From positions 16,244,001 to 16,308,000 of the forward strand of contig NC_087253.1 of assembly GCF_037042905.1 (NCBI RefSeq): a DNA stretch of 64,000 bases. The letters are read 5' to 3'. Shown here one piece after another: positions 55,201 to 64,000 of this stretch (position 1 is its first letter; each line of letters begins with the position of its first letter). The stretch is from Lytechinus pictus. Lineage: Eukaryota. The position numbers and the translations under genes were made by a program. The notes below the pieces were generated by a model, which was given only the letters and a program-made list of their open reading frames with translations, had not been told where the DNA came from and did no database searches.

Positions 55201-58200
55201 CATTTGCCCTATCCGCCCCCCCCCCCCCTTGGTTTTCGTTTTGGTAGATCTTTTTGTGTTATAGGAATTGACCTTCGAAAGGTCTTGAGGCCTATTGTTT
55301 ATCCAACCACTTTCTGTTATTTACTCGATTCATAATGTACCCCTTTGTACTCGTGTTTGACCGTATTTTTCATGTATTTTTTAATGTGTTTTTATGCTAT
55401 TGTACCAGTATTTTTATCAGATTGTGGAAAATAAATAAATCTAAAGAATCTAAAAAGATAATTGATTTATAGAGATTCAACTAAATGGAACACATGCACA
55501 TGTATATAATACCCATGACTCTAACAGTCTAATGGAAAATACACACTTTTTCACTTCATACGGTATCAAAGAAAAGTCGAAATGGTTTGTCTTTCAACAT
55601 GAGTCCACGTCCTGCATTCATCTTACTCATCTTATCTTGTAGTATTGTAGTTTGGGGTATTCAAAAAGGGAACGTATTTGTCGAGCGTTTGAATCTTACA
55701 TAAATATTCTCGATTCCCATGCTATCACATTTTGATACCAACACAGAAGTGGTACGACTGGTTAATGGAAACAACGAAGCTGAAGGAAGAGTCGAGATCA
55801 ACGTTAACGGAGAATGGGGAACTATCTGTGATGATCTCTGGAGTCTAGAAGATGCTAATGTTATCTGTAGAATGCTAGGTTTCGAGGAAGCTCTCAGCGC
55901 CCCAGGATCAGCTCAATTCGGCCAAGGCTCTGGTCCAATCCAACTCGATGATGTTACCTGTTCAGGAAATGAAGAAACCATCTTGGACTGTTCTCACCGA
56001 GGCATTGGTCAACACAATTGTGGTCACAGCGAAGACGCTGGAGTTGTGTGCACTCAACAAGGTAGGAGATAATTTATTGAAATTATTCTACTATGACTTC
56101 TATAAAATACTAAATACTTCCTGTCCACCATCCCCCCCCCCCTCTTCCACTGATAACTTAGATTTATATTGATCAGGATGTAGTTAAGCGATAACTAATG
56201 TCTTATTGTTTTATTGTCAAATGCGAGGAGCTAAGGCAGAATGTAGAAAGTTTTTGTCTACTTAGATCACTTCCGTTAGAAGGCTATATATTCTCTCGTA
56301 GAATTTGAAAAATATAAAAGGATTTTCAATGGCAGAAAAGCGCAAGGTTATGAAGGGGACTAGGCTCATTATAAAGACGTCATTTCTGTTTGACTTACGG
56401 GATGACTACAGAGGTCGAAATGGTTGGTCTTTCAACAAATGTCCACTGTCTTGCACTTACCCTATATTGTTTATCATGCATTATTGTAATTTTTGCGTAT
56501 TTTGAAAGTGGTGGTATTTATCGAGCGTTTGAATCGTACGTTAATAAATATTTTCGATTCTCTTGCTATCACATTTTGATGCCAACACAGAAGTGGTACG
56601 ACTGGTTAATGGAAACAACGAAGCTGAAGGAAGAGTCGAGATCAACGTTGACGGAGAATGGGGAACTATCTGTGATGATCTCTGGAGTCTAGAGGATGCT
56701 AGTGTTATCTGTAGAATGCTAGGTTTCGAGGAAGCTCTCAGCGCCCCAGGATCAGCTCAATTCGGTCAAGGCTCTGGTCCAATCCAACTCGATGATGTCA
56801 CCTGTTCAGGAAATGAAGAGACCATCTTGGACTGTTCTCACCGAGGCATTGGTGAACACAATTGTGGTCATAGCGAAGACGCTGGAGTTGTGTGCCTTCA
56901 ACAAGGTAGGAAATATTGTAATGAAATTATTCAACTATATCTTCTAAAAAAATACTAAATATTTACCCCCCCCCCATCGATAATTCAAATTGATAACATT
57001 GATGAGGATGTAATTAAGCGATTTCTAGTGTCTCATTGTTTTCTTGTTAAATTTGAGTGGGTAAGGCGGAATGTAGAAAGTTTTTGTCTTCTTCGAACAT
57101 TTATGTTAGAAAGATAACTTTTATCTCAAAAAAATTAAATAAAAGGGCGTTCAATGGCAGAAAAACGCGAGGTTGTGAAGAGGACGGAGCTCATGATAAA
57201 GACGCTGTTTTCTGTTTGAGTTACAGCATGATTAGAGAGGTCGAAATGGTCGGTCTTACAACAAATGTCCACTGTCTTGCACTTATCCTATATCGTTTAT
57301 CATACATTATTGTAATGTTTGAGTATTCCGAAAGGAAACGAGCGTTTGAATCGTACATAATGAATATTTTGGATTATTTTCTATGACTTCTAATACCAAC
57401 ATAGAAGGGATTGCTTTTACAAGTGGGCGAGACACAACATCGCTTATGTCTTGTTTATGTTGGTTATCTCATAGGCCGGAAAGACACTCAAATTGATATA
57501 CATGTATTAATTTTTTTTATACAAAAGTAGTTAAATAACAATAGGCCTACGATGATTACTGTCAAACATTTATCATGTTTGTGAAACCGTATATTTCAAT
57601 AATTTAAATTTCTGCGTATTTCGAAAGGGAACGTATTCCTCAAGCGTTTGAATTGTAAAGGATTATTAGTTAAGATTCTTTCTATAACTTGTTAATGCAA
57701 ACATAGAAGTGGTACGCCTGGTAAATGGAAACAACGAAGCTGAAGGAAGAGTCGAGATCAACCTTAACGGAGAATGGGGAACTATCTGTGATGATGGATG
57801 GGATCTGGACAATGCTAATGTTATCTGTAGAATGCTCGATTTCGAGGGTGCTCTCAGCGCCCCTGGGTCAGCTGAATTCGGCCAAGGCTCTGATCCTATC
57901 CAACTCGATGACGTCAGCTGTTCAGGAGATGAACAAACAATTTTGGACTGTTCTCATCGCCCGATTGGTGAACACAATTGTGGTCACAGCGAAGACGCTG
58001 GTGTTGTGTGCATTCCCCAAGGTCATGAAGGTAGGGGTTACTCCATTGAACTTCTCTTAGTATATAGCTTCTAGAAAATACTGCCACTCCCCCGAATGAA
58101 TAACCTAAATTGACAGCGAAAAGGAGGATATAATTAAGCGATAACTATTATATGTATCGTGTTTTTCTTGACATTTTCGAAAATGTAGGGCGAAAGTAGA

Positions 58201-61200
58201 AAGTTTGTGTGTACCTCGAACATGGCCGTGATAAGAATAGGTCGGAAGACGTTAGAGTTGGGTCCATCAAAATTGGTAGAGGATATCCTTTAAAAAATTA
58301 TTTAAGACCATCTCCCAATCCCCCCCCCCCCCTTCACCTCGAGAAATAACTTTGAAGTCAACAGCGATCTTGAGATGTATTTACTAATAATAGGTCAGGT
58401 CTTGTGTTTTTTAATTGAAAAGGTAAAGTAAAAAAAAGAAGGCATGTGTCTACTTGGAACAACACCAAAAAGATGCATATTTTCTCAAGTAGAAGGTGCA
58501 TGAATCTTTAAAGGTGATGTTCAATGACACAAATTAGTGAAGGATAAATGGGGAATGTGTTCATGCGGAAAACATTTTTCGTGTATTCAGGACCGAGTAT
58601 GTGGAATAGCCTTCCGAGTAGCCTGAAATCTAGCCAAAGTCTTTCGACTTTTAAACGAACATTCAGAAATTTTCTTCTGAACTCCTATTGATTTGCCCTA
58701 TCCGCCCCCCTCCCCTCTTGGTTTTCGTTTTGGTAGATCTTTTGTGTTAAAGGGATTGACCTTTGAAAGGTCTTGAGGCCTATTGCTAATCCCACCACTT
58801 TCTGTTATTTACTCTATTCATAATGTACCCCTTTGTATTCGTGTTTAAATGTATTTTTAATGTATTTTTTGGATATGTTTTTATGCTATTGTACTAGTAT
58901 GTTTATCAGATTGGGGAAAATAAATGAATCTAAAGAATCTGAAAAGATAATTGATTTATACAGATTAAACTGAATGGAACACATGTATATACATACCCAC
59001 GACTCTAATGGAAAATACAACCCTTTTTCCTTCATACAGTATACGGTATGAAAGAGAAGTCGAAATTGTTGGTATTTCAACACGGGTCCACATCTTGCAT
59101 TCATCCGACTTGGCTTATTTTGTGGTATTATAGTTTGGGATATTCGGAAAGGAAACGTATTTGTCGAGCGTTTGAATCGTACATGAATATTCTCGATCTT
59201 GCTATCACATTTTGCTACCAACATAGAAGTGGTACGACTGGTTAATGGAAACAACGACGCTGAAGGAAGAGTCGAGATCAACGTTGACGGAGAATGGGGA
59301 ACTATCTGTGATGATCTCTGGAGTCTAGAGGATGCTAATGTTATCTGCAGAATGCTCGGTTTTGAGGGAGCTCTCAGCGCACCAGGATCAGCTGAGTTTG
59401 GCCTTGGCTCTGGTCCTATCCAACTCGACGACGTCGGCTGTTCAGGAGACGAGGAAACCATCTTGGACTGCTCTCATCGCCCGATTGGTCAACACAATTG
59501 TGCTCACAGCGAAGACGCTGGGGTTGTGTGCATTCCCCAAGGTAGGCATGGTAGGGGTTATTCTATTAGTATAGCTTTCAAAAGTATACTTCCACTTCTC
59601 CAAAGAAATAACCTAAATTGACAGCGATAATAAGGATACAATAAAGCGATGACTAGTGTCTCGGAGTTTTTTTCGAATACGATTAATCAAGTCGGAAAGT
59701 AGAACGCTTGTGTCTACCTCGAGCATGGCTGTGAAGAGGACAGATCTTCTGAAGACGCTAGATTGTGAGCACTCCACATATTATTGGTATTCTTTTGAAA
59801 GTATAAAATCACCTCTGTCAAATCCCCCCCCCCATAAAGATCATGCTGCGTATCAAAAAGGCAGAGTGCAATTATATACTGTTCATTTTTGTCTCGCCCA
59901 CCAGAGGTGAAGGCGAGACTAAGGGATCCAAATGCCGTCCGTCTGTCACAAACATTATGACAAATATCTCCGCAACCATTAGTCAGTTTTCAACCAAACT
60001 TGGATGGTAGATGTACTTAGAGAACTTGCATGTGATGCTGCAGTCGGAGGTCACATGGTAAGGTCAAATGTAATTTTAAGGTCAACATTAAAGTTTACGT
60101 CCAAGACTTTCTTTTGACACATAACTCCGTAACCGTAAGTCACTTTTCACACAATCTTGGGTTGTAGATATATTTAGCAGACCTGCATATTATGTTTCAG
60201 TCGGAGGTCACAAGGTAAGGTCAAAGGTCATTTTCAGGTCAAAATTAAAGTTTACATGCATGACTCACAACTCAGCAAGGACCGCAACCGCCATTCACCT
60301 TTCACCCGAACTTGGGTTGTTGATTTATCTAATAGACGTGCATGTCATGGTGCAATCAGAGGTCACATGTTGAGGTTCAAGGTCATTTTCAGGTCAACAT
60401 TCAAGTTTACGTGCAAGACTGTCTTATGACACATAACTCCGCAACCGTAATTCACTTTTCACACAAACCCGGGTTGTAGAATAGCAGACATGCATGTTAT
60501 GTTTCAGTCGGAGGTCACATGGTAAGGTCAAAGGTCATTTTCAGGTCAACGTTAAGGTTTACTTGCATGACTATCTTATATGACACACAACTTCGCAACC
60601 GTTAGTCACTTTTCAAACAAACTTGGATGGTAGATACTTAGACCTAAATGTTATGGTGCAATCGGAGGGCACATGGTAAGGTCAAAGGTCATTTTGAGGT
60701 CAACGTTAAAATTTACGTGCATGATTCTCTTATGACACATAACTCCGCAACCGCAAGTCACTTTTCACACAAACTTGGATTGTAGATGTACTTACGAGAC
60801 CTGCGTGTAATGGTGCAGTCAGAGGTCACATGGTAAGGTCAAATTTTATTTTGAGGTCAACATTAAAGTTTACGTGCAAGACTCTTATGACAAATGTTCT
60901 TCCATCCCAGTTATTTTACAATGAACTTTGGATACGATTCTGTTGCGTGCCATCGCAAATCACGATATTTCTGATAACTAGACACAACATCGCTTATGCG
61001 TCGTTTATGTTGGTTATCTCATAAGCCGAAAAGACATACTCATATTGATATACATTCATTCATTTTTTCATACAAAAGTAGTTAAAATAACATTAGGCCT
61101 ACCACGAATACTGTCGAACATTTGTCATGTGAAACCGTATAATTCAATATTTTAACTATAATAAACTCTCCACTGTTTTCTGAGGAGAACAGGATTGCGA

Positions 61201-63363
61201 TTATGGCTCTGTTGGGGCCGAAGTTGGCCGCAACCATTCACTCATCAAGGGCGACAAGAGGACAGATGAGAGCGAAGGGACAGGCAGATGTGTTGTGTAG
61301 TGTTTATTAATCATAAACAGAAGAAAAAACGGAAAAACGGGACAACCCCCTAGTATAATAAGGTCCCAGAAATATATGTCTCCTGGTCAGCTGCGCCCAT
61401 GGTCAGCAGCCATGAACACTCAACAGCCTCTATATCAGCGGCTGGTAAATAACAACTGCAAACCTACAGTCAAAAGCTAATGTGCAGCTTCTAAAAGGGT
61501 CAACAAGCCGCGACGACTTCGTTTTGAGTTGTGCACGGGATAATGTCACTGCCCAGCTACCGGGCCTTGCCTAATATATCTCCGCATTTAGATATTAATG
61601 ACGTCACACTCTAATGCATCAAAATATGATATGCGAGTGAATATTAATTTAAATCGACATTAATGTGTAATATATATATGCATATTTATATTCATGCATC
61701 TATGTCCAACAATTGTATCATAATACATGTTTTTAAAAATAATAAAGGGGAGGACTATTTTTCCTCGGCGGGATGACACTAGACCCACGTGACCCAAAAG
61801 TGATTAGGTTTCACGGTCTGTGACAAAATTTTAGCACACCCGAATTGGCCGTAGGGTGGTCTAAAATAGATAAATCAAACCAAAAAAATAAGAAATTAGT
61901 TTGGTCACTACAGCTCTTTTTCTGTTTAAAATTAAATGAATTTCATTTAATTTCTCTAGATTCGACGGAATGTCTAGTGTATATACATATGGCTCTGTAA
62001 GAAAGTTCCCATTCTTCACACGACATGACGAGAGAGGTCGAAATGGTTGGTCTTTCAACACATGTCCAATTGTCCATAATTCTGCACTCATCCTGTATGT
62101 GTATTCTACATTATTGTCATTTCTGCGTATTTCGAAAGGGAACGTATTCCTCAAGCGTTTGAATTGTAAAGGATTAATAGTTAAGATTCTTTCTATAACT
62201 TTTTAATGCAGATATAGAAGTGGTACGCCTGGCTGATGGAAACAACGAAGCTGAAGGAAGAGTCGAGATCAACCTTGACGGAGAATGGGGAACTATCTGT
62301 GATGATGGATGGGATCTGGACAATGCTAATGTTATCTGCAGAATGCTCGATTTCCAGGGAGCTCTCAGCGCCCCTGGGTCAGCTGAATTCGGCCAAGGCT
62401 CTGGTCCTATCCAACTCGATGACGTCAGCTGTTCAGGAAATGAAGAGACAATATTGGACTGTTCCCATCGCCCGATTGGTGAACACAATTGTGGTCACGG
62501 CGAAGACGCTGGAGTTGTGTGCGTTCAACAAGGTAGGAGATACTTTATTTAAATTATTCAACAATATCGTCTATAAAATATTAAATAATACCCCTCCATA
62601 ACCCCTCCCCCCAATCGATAACGTAAATTTACAACATTGATGAGGATGTAATTAAGCGATTACCAGTGTCTCATTATTTTCTTGTCAAATGCGAGGAGCT
62701 AAGGCGGAATGTAAAAAGTTTCTGTCTATTTGGATCCCTCCGTAAGAAGGATATATTTTCTCTCGTAGAATTGGAGAAATATGAAAGGGTTTTCAATGGC
62801 AGAAAAACGCAAGGTTGTGGAGGGGACTGAGCTCATGACAAAGACGTCATTTTCTGTTTGAGTTACTGCATGACGAAAGAGGTCGAAATGGTTCGTCATT
62901 CACCAAATGTCCACTGTCTTAAACTTATCCTATATTATTTGTTTTGCATTATTTTAATTTTGCGTATTTCGAAAGGGAACATATTTATCGTGCGTTTAAA
63001 TTGTAAATAGTTAAGATTCTTTTCTATAACTCTTTAATACAAACACAGAAGTTGTACGCCTGGTTGATGGAAACAACAATGCTAAAGGAAGAGTCGAGAT
63101 CAACGTTAATGGAGAATGGGGAACTATCTGTGATGACCAATGGGATCTGGACAATGCTGATGTTATCTGCAGAATGCTCAATTTCGAGGGAGCTCTCAGC
63201 GCCCCAGGATCAGCTCAATTCGGCCAAGGTTCTGGTCCTATCCAACTCGATGACGTCAGCTGTTCAGGAGATGAACCGACAATCTTTGACTGTTCTCATC
63301 GCCCGATTGGTGAACACAATTGTCTTCACATAGAAGACGCTGGGGTTGTGTGCATTCCCAAAG
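19202..63363 (+). CDS. Multi-exon scavenger-receptor cysteine-rich (DMBT1-like) gene, 3'-incomplete: signal - novel domain - SRCR - novel domain - 3xSRCR - TIL - 13xSRCR
   Basis: 21 exons. Every internal exon is phase 1-1 and a multiple of 3, joining into one open frame of about 2,630 aa. No stop or TM exon in the window. Confidence 0.82.
19738..19968. mobile_element. CACTG-ended MITE (EnSpm/CACTA-like)
   Basis: cactgcaaaa / ttttgcagtg with many aacacc/ggtgtt internal repeats. Related to 47990-48228. Confidence 0.65.
21226..22004. mobile_element. Two adjacent copies of a Harbinger-type MITE
   Basis: gccttttcacacg ... cgtgt(g/a)aaaaggcc ends with homologous interiors (about 21226-21498 and 21523-22004). 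Confidence 0.6.
22436..22620 (+). mobile_element. tRNA-derived SINE
   Basis: A box tggccgagtgg and B box ggttcgatcc, followed by non-tRNA body gagcaaggcattta. Confidence 0.7.
22720..23007 (-). mobile_element. tRNA-derived SINE, same family as 33772-34080
   Basis: Minus strand gtggcccagtgg...ggttcgaatccc, shared body gcactcaacccaggtg...atgggtacc, (att)n-type tail. Confidence 0.8.
23084..23672. mobile_element. TTAA-flanked foldback element (Kolobok-like non-autonomous)
   Basis: TTAA on both sides, ends ggacaagtcca / tggacttgacc, long imperfect inverted arms. Confidence 0.7.
23934..24665. mobile_element. GC-rich MITE
   Basis: TIR gcctagttgacact / agtgtcaaccaggc with internal 10-bp gcgtgaacta repeats in both orientations. 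Confidence 0.75.
25851..26846 (+). CDS. Exon 2: unrecognised acidic 10-Cys domain, copy 1 (332 aa)
   Basis: Pyrimidine tract plus acag acceptor, open frame [20 protein letters not shown]..., donor g|gtgggt. Homologous to exon 4. Confidence 0.88.
27495..27827 (+). CDS. SRCR exon 1 (divergent)
   Basis: VRLADG...EGRVEI...VCD...VVCRQLGF...AGVVC; ag/gt phase 1. Confidence 0.92.
27908..28115. mobile_element. MITE
   Basis: catttgctccggcgacaatt / aattgtcgcaggagcatatg inverted arms with GG...CC ends. Confidence 0.6.
28351..29517 (+). CDS. Exon 4: unrecognised acidic Cys domain, copy 2 (389 aa)
   Basis: ttcacag acceptor, frame [22 protein letters not shown]..., donor a|gtaagt. Cys pattern matches exon 2. 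Confidence 0.88.
30105..30480 (+). mobile_element. tRNA-derived SINE (different family)
   Basis: tRNA-like head with B box ggttcgaatcc and A-rich end. Confidence 0.55.
30608..30925 (+). CDS. SRCR exon 2
   Basis: IRLADG...[17 protein letters not shown]...EDISVSC; phase 1-1. Confidence 0.92.
31318..31710. mobile_element. Foldback MITE
   Basis: ggcctgaattcac / tgaatttgggcc ends with a long internal palindrome around 31500. Confidence 0.65.
32598..32969 (+). CDS. SRCR exon 3 with a short Pro/Thr-rich N-terminal linker
   Basis: TRLVNGG...[17 protein letters not shown]...[13 protein letters not shown]; phase 1-1. Confidence 0.92.
33772..34080 (+). mobile_element. tRNA-derived SINE
   Basis: Homologous to 22720-23007; (tta)n tail. 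Confidence 0.8.
34143..34469 (+). CDS. SRCR exon 4
   Basis: [28 protein letters not shown]...EDAGVVC; phase 1-1. Confidence 0.92.
35120..35299 (+). CDS. TIL domain exon within the SRCR gene (reactive loop CPLIC)
   Basis: 10 Cys in TIL spacing; 180 nt, phase 1-1. Confidence 0.88.
36142..36468 (+). CDS. SRCR exon 5 (type X)
   Basis: SRCR consensus; tatag acceptor and gtaggg donor. Confidence 0.92.
36817..37505. repeat. Interspersed element with ~125-bp internal tandem units; longer paralog at about 59888-60985
   Basis: tgtctcgcc...ggcgagac hairpin start and repeated ggtcacatggtaaggtcaaaggtca units. Confidence 0.7.
38557..38868 (+). CDS. SRCR exon 6 (type A; only the distal AG of the NAGNAG is left)
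   Basis: SRCR consensus; acceptor reads cataaaag where paralogs have catagaag. Confidence 0.85.
39345..39720 (+). mobile_element. 3' fragment of an L2/CR1-type LINE, co-duplicated at about 49215, 55075 and 58565
   Basis: Encodes [37 protein letters not shown], typical of ORF2 C-termini, followed by a 3' UTR ending aataaa. Confidence 0.75.
39995..40309 (+). CDS. SRCR exon 7 (type B)
   Basis: SRCR consensus; phase 1-1. Confidence 0.92.
40825..43833 (+). mobile_element. 5'-truncated L2/CR1-superclade LINE (partial APE endonuclease plus RT, one frameshift near 41430)
   Basis: IYRPP, MGDFN, TLIDNIF, SDHFPI endonuclease motifs; [21 protein letters not shown] motifs; (atcaa)n tail; TSD aacat at 40820-40824 and 43834-43838. 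Confidence 0.92.
43841..43940 (+). pseudogene. Degenerate, truncated SRCR pseudo-exon
   Basis: [29 protein letters not shown] then TGA at 43927-43929; the rest of the domain is deleted. Confidence 0.85.
44375..47961. mobile_element. Non-autonomous DNA transposon, Academ-like, 3,587 bp
   Basis: TAG...CTA termini, long imperfect TIRs, 3-bp TSD TCA. The empty site tttcaacacatgtcc is seen in paralogous introns. No transposase ORF. Superfamily inferred from termini and TSD only. Confidence 0.75.
45871..45998. mobile_element. Small MITE nested in the Academ-like element
   Basis: ggggcctgttgcaagaaagagttgcg / cgcaactctttctgcaacgggcccc. Confidence 0.7.
47990..48228. mobile_element. CAC-ended MITE with 2-bp TSD (EnSpm/CACTA-like)
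   Basis: cacagcaaaaactgtggtgtt / aacaccgcagtttttacagtg, TSD tg; empty site catcctgtatg in paralogous introns. Confidence 0.8.
48354..48677 (+). CDS. SRCR exon 8 (type A, with GHE extension)
   Basis: SRCR consensus; phase 1-1. Confidence 0.92.
49595..51859 (-). mobile_element. 5'-truncated L2/CR1-superclade LINE with an open RT frame
   Basis: [19 protein letters not shown] motifs; (taaa)n tail; TSD aaagat; empty site at about 55450. Confidence 0.92.
52153..52467 (+). CDS. SRCR exon 9 (type B)
   Basis: SRCR consensus; phase 1-1. Confidence 0.92.
52994..53308 (+). CDS. SRCR exon 10 (type C)
   Basis: SRCR consensus; phase 1-1. Confidence 0.92.
53719..53815 (+). mobile_element. 97-bp 5'-truncated SINE insertion
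   Basis: (att)n tail and TSD attattgtaa. Absent from the duplicate at about 57310. Shares aagccggggtaataataa with the SINE at about 33968. Confidence 0.8.
54217..54540 (+). CDS. SRCR exon 11 (type A)
   Basis: SRCR consensus; phase 1-1. Confidence 0.92.
55747..56061 (+). CDS. SRCR exon 12 (type B)
   Basis: Protein identical to exon 9. Confidence 0.9.
56591..56905 (+). CDS. SRCR exon 13 (type C)
   Basis: Protein identical to exon 10. Confidence 0.9.
57707..58030 (+). CDS. SRCR exon 14 (type A)
   Basis: Protein identical to exon 11. Confidence 0.9.
59227..59541 (+). CDS. SRCR exon 15 (B/X chimera; alternative donor after 59550)
   Basis: SRCR consensus; phase 1-1. Confidence 0.9.
61210..61912 (-). 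mobile_element. Solo LTR (703 bp), Gypsy-like
   Basis: TG...CA ends, 4-bp TSD gctc (61206-61209, 61913-61916), minus-strand AATAAA near 61303. Absent from the paralogous intron at about 38240. Confidence 0.75.
62218..62532 (+). CDS. SRCR exon 16 (A/B chimera)
   Basis: SRCR consensus; phase 1-1. Confidence 0.9.
63049..63363 (+). CDS. SRCR exon 17
   Basis: [30 protein letters not shown]...[10 protein letters not shown]; phase 1-1. Confidence 0.9.
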
Positions 63364-64000
63364 GTAGGGCTTACTCCGTTGTACTTCTCTAAGTATAGCC
63401 TCTAGAACATACTACCACCCTCCCAAATAAATAGCCTAAATCCACAGAAATTAGGAGGAATGAAGCGATAACTAATATGTATCATGTCTTTGTTGACGAT
63501 TTTGAAAATGTAAAGTGGTAGTAGAAAGTTTGTATCTACCTCGAACATGGCCCTGATAAGGACAGGTAAAGAAGACTTTAGAGTTGAGTGCATTACACAT
63601 CAATGGTAGATGATATCCTATTTAAATTCTTAGACCATTTCCAATCCCCCCCCCCCCTTCCATCACCTTCAGAAATAACTTTGAAGTCAACAGCGCTCTT
63701 TAGAATATATGAACTAATAATAGGTCAGGACTTGTTTTTGTAATTGAAGAGGTGAAGCAGAATGCAGAAGATTTGTGTCTACTTGGAAGAAGACCTTAGA
63801 GGGGCATATCTTATTTAGTAGGAGGTGCACGAACCTTTGAAGATGCTGTTCAACGGCACAGGGATCAATGGGGAATAAGCTCATGACGAAAACGTTGTTT
63901 CTGTTTGAGTTTGAATTTTAATTAATTTATACAGATTCAATCGAATGGTTATAACATGGATATACATATTTATGATTCTAAAGGAAACTACATCCTTTTC

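Noticed and set aside
38572-63333. Repeated alternative-frame ORFs ([11 protein letters not shown]..., [10 protein letters not shown]...) and antisense ORFs over exons
   Set aside because: Shadow frames of duplicated SRCR and TIL exons; their recurrence is explained by DNA duplication.
36142-63363. RSS-like signals or a CRISPR-like array in the SRCR repeats
   Set aside because: The recurring cacaattgtg and cacagcg strings are His-Asn-Cys and His-Ser codons. I saw no heptamer-spacer-nonamer or repeat-spacer structure.

Overview
AT-rich, intron-containing animal DNA. The SRCR array, poly-G MITEs and tRNA-SINEs suggest an echinoderm, probably a sea urchin (inference). Three main components. (1) The internal exons of a + strand gene made of repeated [NYCGGC Cys module + 3 TIL protease-inhibitor domains]. 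One exon is split at the reactive-site loop of its first TIL domain by an apparently intact 9,831-bp autonomous PIF/Harbinger transposon (615-10445). The element has 16-bp perfect TIRs, a TAT target duplication, and a spliced DDE transposase converging on a 3-exon Myb/SANT gene. (2) A large secreted or surface scavenger-receptor gene starting at 19202, with a signal-peptide exon the ORF track misses and a kappaB-type palindrome upstream. It carries two copies of an unrecognised ~330-390 aa acidic domain with 10 conserved Cys, one TIL domain and 17 intact single-exon SRCR domains. All internal exons are phase 1-1, giving about 2,630 aa, and the gene runs off the right edge. (3) A recently expanding SRCR exon array with chimeric exons, a pseudo-exon, orphan acceptors and copy-specific insertions (two L2/CR1-type LINEs, an Academ-like element, a solo LTR, SINEs, MITEs). 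Exon boundaries were read by hand from GT/AG signals and reading frame; no expression data or database searches were available.
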